A DNA stretch of 25,114 bases, taken from IMG/VR virus record IMGVR_UViG_3300044448_002050, positions 1 to 25,114 of that record; one strand, written 5' to 3'. Below the pieces are notes generated by a model. It made no database searches. It was not told the DNA's origin and was given only the letters and a program-made list of their open reading frames with translations. Every line of letters starts with the position of its first letter. The first letter of the stretch is position 1. A program made the position numbers and the translations under genes. Shown one piece after another: positions 5,909 to 13,900 of this stretch. The DNA is from a virus. Taxonomy: Duplodnaviria > Caudoviricetes.

Positions 5909-6389
5909 TATACTTTTCAATAAACTCTTCTGGATCACCCTTTCCTAGATCTGAATTGTAATATTTCTTCCAATAATGCGCCATCTCTTCTACAGTTTTT
6001 GGAAGTTTTTTAGGGACTCTCCGATACTTTAATCTACACATAATTATCGCATAGGAAATATTGGTTTCTAATAAATCTCTTACCTCTTCCTCTTCCACGC
6101 CTTTACGAAAATAAAAGGGTGCTACCTTTGCAGCTACCGCACATTTACCTAATAGATTCTTTCTATAATCAAGGTAGTTAACAATCGTATCCATAGCACC
6201 AGTCATTCCTGGTTCTATCTGCCACCAACTACGCGCTACTCCATTGTTCCATTGTTTTAAATAATCGTAATTACTTTCTATTAGACCAGTCCCAAATATC
6301 AAATTCTCCGCTTCTGGGGAGTACATATTTATTTTCCTCAATATGTTCTCTATAAGCTCCCTGATCTGTTTCTGTTTTCTTGCGTGCAT
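5892..6389 (-). CDS. Putative endolysin, lysozyme/transglycosylase-like fold
   Basis: GTGLIES (candidate catalytic Glu)...WQIEP...YAIIMCRL.Y...YWKKYYN..GKG. Last gene of the late operon, after membrane proteins. SD AAGGT. Confidence 0.7.
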   Translation of the reverse strand: MHARKQKQIRELIENILRKINMYSPEAENLIFGTGLIESNYDYLKQWNNGVARSWWQIEPGMTGAMDTIVNYLDYRKNLLGKCAVAAKVAPFYFRKGVEEEEVRDLLETNISYAIIMCRLKYRRVPKKLPKTVEEMAHYWKKYYNSDLGKGDPEEFIEKYKMTQK

Positions 6390-6531
6390 ATCGTGTTACC
6401 TTATATTCATGTACATAGACATAATCTGTGGTTTCTTCTCTGTAAGTAATTTTTTTAGTAGTAGTTCCTCGGTTATACACCAAGTATAGAATGGCGATGA
6501 GTCCTAATCCGTATAAAGCATAACTCCTCAT
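6271..6531 (-). CDS. Hypothetical N-terminally membrane-anchored protein
   Basis: Hydrophobic segment YALYGLGLIAILYLVY. Fills the gap at 6390-6531 but overlaps the endolysin by 119 nt. No clear SD. Confidence 0.45.
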   Translation of the reverse strand: MRSYALYGLGLIAILYLVYNRGTTTKKITYREETTDYVYVHEYKVTRYARKKTETDQGAYREHIEENKYVLPRSGEFDIWDWSNRK

Positions 6532-6570
6532 TAAAGAGAAATTAGTAAGTAGACTAGGACAATCTCAACG

Positions 6571-6747
6571 CTATATGCCAATCTTTTTAAGTAATACACC
6601 TTTAATTACTTTCCAAAGAGCTTCCAATATCTTTTTTTCGGTTTGCTCTGATATAATGGGTATATCTACAGCCTTATTAATTTCATCAATAATTTCAGCT
6701 CCGTTTTCATCTGACAGTAAATCATCTGCGATTAGTTTTGCTAACAT
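6571..6747 (-). CDS. Hypothetical protein, 58 aa
   Basis: MLAKLIADDLLSDENGAEIIDEINKAVDIPIISEQTEKKILEALWKVIKGVLLKKIGI*. SD AAGGA and TAATG coupling. Not in the ORF track. Confidence 0.75.
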   Translation of the reverse strand: MLAKLIADDLLSDENGAEIIDEINKAVDIPIISEQTEKKILEALWKVIKGVLLKKIGI

Positions 6748-6827
6748 TAGTATTTCCTTTTCATCTTTTTCTTTTTTATAGTTCTAACCTTCTTGGTTTT
6801 CATCTTTTTCTTTTTACCGTATGGCAT
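6747..6827 (-). CDS. Very basic 26-aa peptide
   Basis: MPYGKKKKMKTKKVRTIKKKKMKRKY*. Starts 4 nt after the upstream stop, with TAATG coupling downstream. Confidence 0.6.
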   Translation of the reverse strand: MPYGKKKKMKTKKVRTIKKKKMKRKY

Positions 6828-6831
6828 TTCT

Positions 6832-6975
6832 TTACCCTTTATGCGTTTTCATAATAGGAAAATTTGCTGTTAATGATGCGCCTTTATGTCTTTTAAATAC
6901 ACCTTTATGTTTCATTAACTTTAATGTATTACCCTTCTTCATCCAGTGATACCCTTTAGGTGCTTTTACTTTCAT
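6832..6975 (-). CDS. Small basic protein, 47 aa
   Basis: MKVKAPKGYHWMKKGNTLKLMKHKGVFKRHKGASLTANFPIMKTHKG*. SD AAGGGA. Confidence 0.72.
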   Translation of the reverse strand: MKVKAPKGYHWMKKGNTLKLMKHKGVFKRHKGASLTANFPIMKTHKG

Positions 6976-6993
6976 GTTATTTTTAATCCCTTT

Positions 6994-7137
6994 TTAATCA
7001 CTTTTAATCTTTTTGATTTTATATGTAAGATATACAATGCTCATTATTGCCACTACACATTGTAATAATAAATTCAATTCTGCCATATATACGCCATAGT
7101 TGGCAAAGGATATTGAAGATACTTTTAAACTATCCAT
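6994..7137 (-). CDS. Small membrane protein, possible holin, 47 aa
   Basis: MDSLKVSSISFANYGVYMAELNLLLQCVVAIMSIVYLTYKIKKIKSD*: a TM helix plus basic tail. SD GGAGG and TAATG coupling. Confidence 0.65.
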   Translation of the reverse strand: MDSLKVSSISFANYGVYMAELNLLLQCVVAIMSIVYLTYKIKKIKSD

Positions 7138-7472
7138 TAGTGTTTTCCTCCACCATTTAATCTGCCACTCATGTAGCTAATTTTATCAGATAAGTCATCT
7201 ACCTCTTTCATAAGAGATTCATGCCTTCTATTTCTTTCATTGGACTGAGACTCTGAATCTCTTTGAATCCTGTCTAACAACTTCAACAAGATTCCTTCTA
7301 CATTTGCTGTAGTCCCTTCTGCTTTCGCTAAGTCAACAGACATTTTGTCTAGTGCTTCATTTTGTGCAGCTTGAGATTTAATTAGATTGGTAATCATAAA
7401 TCCAAATAAAAGAGAAATAACCCCTGTTGCTCCAAGCGTACCGTACGCTTCTAATAAAGTCGCTGTATCCAC
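7137..7472 (-). CDS. Membrane-anchored coiled-coil protein (BhlA-holin-like topology)
   Basis: N-terminal TM GATGVISLLFGFMI followed by a coiled coil. GTG start with SD GAGGT. Confidence 0.7.
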   Translation of the reverse strand: MDTATLLEAYGTLGATGVISLLFGFMITNLIKSQAAQNEALDKMSVDLAKAEGTTANVEGILLKLLDRIQRDSESQSNERNRRHESLMKEVDDLSDKISYMSGRLNGGGKH

Positions 7473-7798
7473 TACTTTTTACCTCTTTTCTTTTTACCCC
7501 AGGATAAGGGGTTGATGTTAAACTCTTTTTCATAGAAGGCTACTTTCTCTGCCAGCTCTTGTCTCTCAACCCGTTCTTCCAAGATATGCTTATCAAGTAA
7601 GCTCCCAATTTGTTCATCCGCATAAGTAACTTTATCTTCAAGTTTTCTAATCCGACTTTCAATCTGCCAATAACCATAGACCAACATTCCGATAAGAACT
7701 GCAATTTGACCAAGCCATTTAAGGTTAATGCTAACAATGGCGTTATCATCAAGAATAGCAGTGCGATAACTTCTGGCTGTATTTGGTTTGTCACTCAC
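7472..7798 (-). CDS. Membrane protein with coiled coil (possible inner-membrane spanin component)
   Basis: TM WLGQIAVLIGMLVYGYW followed by heptads. Start reassigned to GTG 7798 (GTGA overlap, SD AGGA). Confidence 0.65.
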   Translation of the reverse strand: MSDKPNTARSYRTAILDDNAIVSINLKWLGQIAVLIGMLVYGYWQIESRIRKLEDKVTYADEQIGSLLDKHILEERVERQELAEKVAFYEKEFNINPLSWGKKKRGKK

Positions 7799-8022
7799 TG
7801 CTTCCTGATTGTTTCCCAATCATTGTGCAGATAACACCAATTTGAGTTATCAGATACGCGACCATGATACCAATGAATAGTTGAGTCAACATCCATTACT
7901 TCTATAAAAACCGAATTTGTGACAGTATCCGATGGTGTAACTGGTAGATTTCCGACTATCCATCCCTGACTTGTGCAACTTGTAAGCAACAGGAACATCA
8001 TAAGAGGCATTAGTATTCTCAT
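7795..8022 (-). CDS. Lipoprotein (possible outer-membrane spanin component)
   Basis: Signal peptide MRILMPLMMFLLLTS-C with lipobox LTSC. Confidence 0.7.
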   Translation of the reverse strand: MRILMPLMMFLLLTSCTSQGWIVGNLPVTPSDTVTNSVFIEVMDVDSTIHWYHGRVSDNSNWCYLHNDWETIRKQ

Positions 8023-8042
8023 AGATTACGATAAAATCTCCG

Positions 8043-8279
8043 TTATGCAGCTTCTTGATTTTGTTCTTCACCAATTCCATTTGCTCTTAAACCATCCTCA
8101 AATGCCTTTAATCCGAATTGCATTTGAACCAAATTAAAGTTTGTTCTTTGAATTTTGTTCATTAAATCCTGGCGATGTTCCAGCATTGCTTTTACTTCTG
8201 GTGACATAGCATCTATATCTTTTTGTGTATACTCTTTTCCGAGTATGTTTACTTTTGGCTCTTCTTTCTTTTTTGCCAT
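8043..8279 (-). CDS. Small coiled-coil phage protein
   Basis: SD AGGAG. Helical heptads. Follows the fibre module. Confidence 0.8.
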   Translation of the reverse strand: MAKKKEEPKVNILGKEYTQKDIDAMSPEVKAMLEHRQDLMNKIQRTNFNLVQMQFGLKAFEDGLRANGIGEEQNQEAA

Positions 8280-8302
8280 TTGTAACTCCTACTTGTTGTT
8301 AA

Positions 8303-8629
8303 TTAAAGTTTTTTGAAATCAGCGATTGCAGAGGCTAATCCATCAGATTGTTCTTTTGCTCTTGCCATATCAGCATCATATCTTTCTTTTTCTCCTTCTA
8401 ATTCTGATAACTTGTATTCTTTTTCACTATCAGCTAAGGCATCACCACTTTCAGCATCCCATTTTTTTTGCACTAAAGTGATGTATGCTTCTTTCTTTTC
8501 TGCTACTGCTTCCTGTACAACCTTACCATCTTCATCTTTTACTTCTGAAACAGCTTTTTGTACTACTCTTTCTTTGCTTTTAAAATCGGCTGTTTTACCT
8601 TTCCTATCAGCGTATTTTGCCCAATTCAT
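8303..8629 (-). CDS. Hypothetical fibre-associated protein
   Basis: SD AAAGGAG. Directly downstream of the fibre gene. C-terminal coiled coil. Confidence 0.8.
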   Translation of the reverse strand: MNWAKYADRKGKTADFKSKERVVQKAVSEVKDEDGKVVQEAVAEKKEAYITLVQKKWDAESGDALADSEKEYKLSELEGEKERYDADMARAKEQSDGLASAIADFKKL

Positions 8630-8642
8630 TATGAGACTCCTT

Positions 8643-10424
8643 TTATTTCTTTTCTAATTCTGTTACTTTTGCAGATAATTCCTGTACTGCTTTTATTAAT
8701 GGGAATATTAAGTTCCCATAAGTTAAAGTCTTTATTCCACTATCTTGAGTTGGTGCATAAGTTTCTATATTTCCAATACTATGTTTTTTAAGTGCTTCTT
8801 CAACTTCTTGAGCAATTAAACCAACTTGAGTTTCAATCGGGTCTGCTGGTTTTTCTACACCCTCTTCATCCCATTTTGAACTTCTTATTTCATCTGGAAA
8901 GTCCGCTGGATTTTTATAAATATAAGTTTTTAATTGTAAATCTTTTATAAAATCCAATCCTTTTAAGTCATAGTCTTGAATGTCTTTCTTTGTTCTTTCA
9001 TCAGAAGAATATGCTGTAATACTTGTAACTTGTGCTTTTATAGCTGTTATACTTGTATTTCCAATAGCAACTTCGTCGTCTCCCGTTCCTGTTGCTCCAT
9101 ATCCAAGCACTAATTGATTTTGTGCCGTTGAACCACTTACATCTGCTACTCTTCCTATACAGGTATTTTCATCTCCTGTGGTAATTGAATCTCCTGCACC
9201 TTGACCTACTAAAGTATTGGCGTTAGCTGCACCTTCTAATAAATAACCAGCCTCTTCTCCGATACAAGTATTCCAATTACCAGTAAGTGCAGTTGAATCA
9301 TTTCCATGACCAGCAAAATAACCCACAAAAGTATTTAGACCTCCTGTTGTATTATTATTTCCAGCCTCATAACCTATTGCTGTATTTGAAGTACCACTCG
9401 TCAATTTGCCAAGAGCAAGATGTCCTAAGCCAGTACTTCCTGTATGATTATTAGCACCAATAGATTGCATAACTCCAGTACCAACACCAACACATCCAAT
9501 AACTTCACCAGTTCCAGCCCTTCCAGCAGAATCGCCAATAAAAATATTGTCTACTGTGGCATTATTATTTAAAGAATCTCCAGCTAAATAACCTATTCCA
9601 ATATTTCTGGATTCAGTACCATCTAATGCCATCAATGCACCGTATCCTATTGCAACATTTCTATCCCCATCGGTATGTGCAAATAATGCTTGATAACCAT
9701 AAGCAACATTTTTTTCTCCAGTAGTAATGTCAGCACCAGCTTGTTGCCCAAATAAGCAGTTATAATTTCCTCCACTTGCGATGTCATCTCCAGCTAAATA
9801 GCCAAAAATAGTATTGGATGCACCAGAATCATTATTAGTTAGTGAGATTCGGGAGTTAGCATCAAGTTTAAATCTTTGAGTATTGCCCACTTCAAAACTT
9901 ATTGCACCAGTTCCACCACCATCTGTTATTTTAATTGCATCAGAACCACCTTCAGCCGTTAATGCTAGTCCTGTTGTTCCGCCAGTTATATATAGATAAT
10001 TATTAGAATGTAAGTTGATAGTTGCTGTGGCTGTAGTATTGTTTGTGCCACTAAATGTTAATCTTTCTTGAAGTTGTACATCACCATTAGTAGTTATTGT
10101 AAATCTTGTATCAGAGCCTTCTCTAATTGAGAAAGAACCAGCATCATCACTCAATATGTTGTAAGTAACACCAGTTCCCTCTTCTTGATGTAATGAAATA
10201 TGAGGTTTAGAATCGTCTGCTCTGAGAATACTTAATGATGCAGTTGGTTGCCCACCTATTCCTAATCTATCTGTATTTAAATAAAGTGGTGATGCTGTTC
10301 CATCTCCATCTACTATTTGTATTGCATTACTGTCATTACCAGCAACGATGTTATCTGAATTGCCATTTAATTTTAAAAGTGAGGTATAACTACTCGCTAT
10401 ACTTGATCCTGTTAAACTTGCCAT
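8643..10424 (-). CDS. Fibre/receptor-binding protein with C-terminal peptidase S74 intramolecular chaperone
   Basis: SDERTKKDI...GLIAQEVE...LIKAVQELSAKV is the S74 signature. Many N-x-x-[IV]-G-x-x-A repeats of about 14 aa. Confidence 0.88.
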   Translation of the reverse strand: MASLTGSSIASSYTSLLKLNGNSDNIVAGNDSNAIQIVDGDGTASPLYLNTDRLGIGGQPTASLSILRADDSKPHISLHQEEGTGVTYNILSDDAGSFSIREGSDTRFTITTNGDVQLQERLTFSGTNNTTATATINLHSNNYLYITGGTTGLALTAEGGSDAIKITDGGGTGAISFEVGNTQRFKLDANSRISLTNNDSGASNTIFGYLAGDDIASGGNYNCLFGQQAGADITTGEKNVAYGYQALFAHTDGDRNVAIGYGALMALDGTESRNIGIGYLAGDSLNNNATVDNIFIGDSAGRAGTGEVIGCVGVGTGVMQSIGANNHTGSTGLGHLALGKLTSGTSNTAIGYEAGNNNTTGGLNTFVGYFAGHGNDSTALTGNWNTCIGEEAGYLLEGAANANTLVGQGAGDSITTGDENTCIGRVADVSGSTAQNQLVLGYGATGTGDDEVAIGNTSITAIKAQVTSITAYSSDERTKKDIQDYDLKGLDFIKDLQLKTYIYKNPADFPDEIRSSKWDEEGVEKPADPIETQVGLIAQEVEEALKKHSIGNIETYAPTQDSGIKTLTYGNLIFPLIKAVQELSAKVTELEKK

Positions 10425-10428
10425 AATA

Positions 10429-10554
10429 TTATCCTAAATCTTCCCATTTTGAGTCTACATTTTCCCATGATTCACTAATAGAGTTCCAAGTGTCATATAG
10501 GGTTTCTAACACTTGGTTGTACGCTTTAAATAAAGCTATACCTAATCCTAACAT
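10429..10554 (-). CDS. 41-aa MLGLG-/Trp-heptad peptide
   Basis: MLGLGIALFKAYNQVLETLYDTWNSISESWENVDSKWEDLG*. TAATG coupling to the upstream gene. Not in the ORF track. Confidence 0.7.
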   Translation of the reverse strand: MLGLGIALFKAYNQVLETLYDTWNSISESWENVDSKWEDLG

Positions 10555-10820
10555 TAGTAAATAAAAATAATTTCGTTTGAACCTGGTGCTGAATCATCAG
10601 CAGCATCTACCGCGCCTGTGGCTCTAATCGGTAATATTGATCCTGCATTTGTACCATTAAACTGTACCCAAGCACCATTTATATAAAATTTATAATTCCC
10701 AGAAGCACCAACATATACAGCACGACATTCATCGTTTGTAGTATTAGTGTTGGTAATGTTAACCGCAGATGCACCTGGAGTGACTGCCTGTTGTACTGTA
10801 AAGTCGCGGTATGTACCCAT
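10554..10820 (-). CDS. Putative head-spike base protein (RcGTA Rcc01079-like)
   Basis: RAVYVGASGN...F...AGSILPIRA motif. Start at MGTYRDF with SD GAGGG. Confidence 0.62.
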   Translation of the reverse strand: MGTYRDFTVQQAVTPGASAVNITNTNTTNDECRAVYVGASGNYKFYINGAWVQFNGTNAGSILPIRATGAVDAADDSAPGSNEIIFIY

Positions 10821-10826
10821 ATTTCC

Positions 10827-10902
10827 CTCGCTATTTAATGTTTGCAACGCTCTAAGCCTATGGTAAGCATGACCGAGCTGTTAGTTCAATAATATTAACG
10901 AG
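10827..10902 (-). promoter_or_regulatory. Putative cis-regulatory RNA hairpin sequestering the SD of the spike-base gene
   Basis: Outer stem CUCGUUA/UAGCGAG. Inner hairpin GCUC-GGUC-AUG-(CUUAC)-CAU-A-GGCU-UA-GAGC. Confidence 0.5.
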
Positions 10903-13900
10903 TTAGGGTGTGTTTTGTTCCAAATATTGTTTGGTTAAAGTATTCCAGCGTTGAATGAATTTTTTAGATGTAAAACCTTGAACAGAGTTCATTTCTTTTA
11001 CAAGTACTTTTCTTTCTTCTTCATTTGCATTAGCATACTTTCTGAAAAAATAATCTGCTCTTGTCACTGGATCTAAGTCTTTACCATCATAAAACCAACC
11101 AGGGTTTCGCACATTTCTTGTTTGAGCAGAGAATATAAACCTTTTTAAAATTTTACTTTTATCATCAGAATCATATTGAGATTCTTTTATAGACTTAACA
11201 ACTTCTGATTTTGTCATTTCACCAGAACGAAATTGCTGCCAAATATTGTCACCAAACTCCCTTCTTACTTTATCCTTAGTATTTTTTTCAATGACTGTTC
11301 TTTTTAAGTCTTTATCCCTTTTATATGGATTGGTAAAAGATATAAACCTTCTAGCTCCTGGCATCTTATTTAGCATTTCTCTTGTAAACTCTTCGGTCGC
11401 TTCCTCATCTTGCCCCTCAGTAAGTATCTTATAACCACCACCTACTAAATCAGTCCAGATATTTCTGTTAGTAGTAAATTGTTTTACCGCATATTCTGTT
11501 CTAGCAGGACTCATTCCTGTTATTTCACCTAAATCTATAAATGCTTTTCCTGTTCTTTTATTAAATTCTGCTGAAGGTTCAACAGGTCTACCTTTATCAT
11601 CAAAAATTGGCTTCTCTGAAAAGAAATCAACATTATTTCTATATCCTAAGTACGCATCTAATAAAGGCGGTAATGGATCAGCAGTTGGAACTACACTTGC
11701 CAAGTCTTTTAGACCTTCCAATACTTGATCTGATGGAACTTTATTATTGTAAGCATAATCAAGTATTGCATCCGTAGAAGAAGCTATTACTCGCTGACCT
11801 TGATCTTTAGGTAATCGGTAATACATATACCTTTTATTACCCCTATCATCTTTGTAAAAAAATGGAGTGGTAATAATCCAGTTATCATTTTTTATTCTTT
11901 CATCAATTTCTTCATAAGATTTTGGATTTACCGCATTGTTAGCTAACCAGAGACTTGATGCTGTACCACTTATCCATGCAGTTTTTGTGGCAAATGCTTT
12001 TGGATCTTTTTTTGGAGCGCGTAATAAACCTCTTGTAGCTTGTGTTGAAGCATTAATATATGGAATCAATGATTCCGCTGCTTTAATAAAAGATCCACCT
12101 TGAGCAAAATCTAAATAATTTCTAGCTTCATAAGTTGCTTTTAATGGAGATTTACCATTTCTCAAAGCACGCTCTCTCAATGCTAACCTTACCCAAATTT
12201 CACTTGTTTCCCCAGCATATTTTGCCACCTCTTTAAACGCTTCTAAAGCATTAGTCACTTTTCCTGTAGGTTTATAAAACTTACCAAGACCACCTTGATG
12301 GGTTAGAAACTCCATTCCGCCACCTTCCATAACATAATCCCTATATCTACCACTTCTACTAAAAGCATCTTTTGCAGTGGAAGTAAGATCTCTTCCTAAT
12401 TGCAATGCAAACTTTGGTAAGTGTGGAGAATACTCTGTAGTGGTAAACCACATATAAGGTATATCTCTAAAAAAATTTGTTAATGCGAACTCTGGATTGT
12501 ATCCAGTAGCCATAGCTTTTAACATCTTTGTACCAGAAACATAACTAGCTATAGTTGACCACTGCGCAGTAACCGCTGGATCAGCCAAAACCCATTCATT
12601 CGCTAAAGAGTTTTCTAAATAAAATTCTTTTTTCTTACCTTTTTCAAAATAAGATATAGGACTATAACCAGCAGGGACTTTTTCACCCGCTTTTACTTCA
12701 ATAGCAATACCATTCTTGGGATTTTCCCTAATCATATCACGCATTGCTATATTTGCTTTATTCTTTGCAATACGAGACTGCACCATATTAATATTTCTAA
12801 ATAGCTTGCCTGCTTGATCCAGGTTGACAGTTTTAGCTGAACCCTCTTCTAATCTCTTTAGACCACTACTTCCAACTGATATTTTCTTTCCACCAGAACT
12901 ATATGTTATTACTGGATCAACATAATCAATAAATTCTTTTCGTGTGTAGTCTTTATCTTTTAAAAGATTAAATGTTTTTTCATTAATCAAGCCATTATCG
13001 TACAATTCTTTTAGGTTTACTCTCATTTCATTAAAAAAACTATCCGCTCTAGCATTTAATTTTTCAAATTTGCGCGGATCATTTTCTTTCATCAATTTTA
13101 ATAATGCAGTATTTGATTGATAACCACCGCCTACTTTATATCCTGGCTTATATTCTCGTATTGTAATACTTCTTCTTGCTTCTATAATAGTATCGAGTAA
13201 TTTTCTTTCTTGCTTGGTTAATCCGTTAAATATGCTTTTTGCTGCATCCTCAAATAACATGACAGACTTTGAATTAGAACCTAAAGCTAAATCATGCAGC
13301 ATAGCTGCCTGTTCACCAAGCGCACCTTTTTCTCTGACTGCCTTTTTTACATTGCCAGAAACATCTACAGTTTTTGCAACTAAACTCTTCTTCAAATCTT
13401 CCCATGATCTTTTATTAAAACCTTCCATTTCTTTAAAAGATTGCTCATAAAACTTTTGTGCTTTTTCATGTAAGCCTTTTGACTCAGGCAATAAAATAAT
13501 ATCACTGCTAGAATCAAGATATAATTTATCTAGTTGTTGTTGACTTAATACCTGACCAGGTTTTCTATTGGTAAAATATTCTGGTCTATCACTTGGGGTA
13601 ATATCAATCTTTACATCATAACCTAGCTGTTGACCTTTAATCCTATTATCTTCAATCAATTCTTCTATTTTACCTATAGATCTATTAATCTGTTGCCTTT
13701 GTGTTCCAGTTAAGTTTTGATTACTTAGTTGTAACTGTTGACTTTTTAAAGTTTCCTGTAGATTTACAATTTCAGCATTAATCTTTTCAATTTTAGGTGA
13801 AGTCTTTGGAGCGAGCAAAGGAGTCTCTAAAGGTTTAGGTCTCATTTTAAATCGCTCTTTAACAAGCTGATTAAACTCAGTATTCTTTACCTTATCTCTT

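Noticed and set aside
7540-7794. Nested ORF as an Rz1-like embedded o-spanin
   Set aside because: It has a hydrophobic stretch but no well-placed lipobox or SD. A better lipoprotein candidate lies at 7795..8022.
7886-8080. 64-aa ORF overlapping two neighbours
   Set aside because: It lies almost entirely within 8043..8279 and the lipoprotein gene, and I have no independent support for it, though it cannot be fully excluded.
8643-10424. Diversity-generating retroelement or invertible fibre cassette
   Set aside because: No reverse transcriptase, invertase or near-identical nucleotide repeat pair was seen. The repeats are degenerate and at the protein level.
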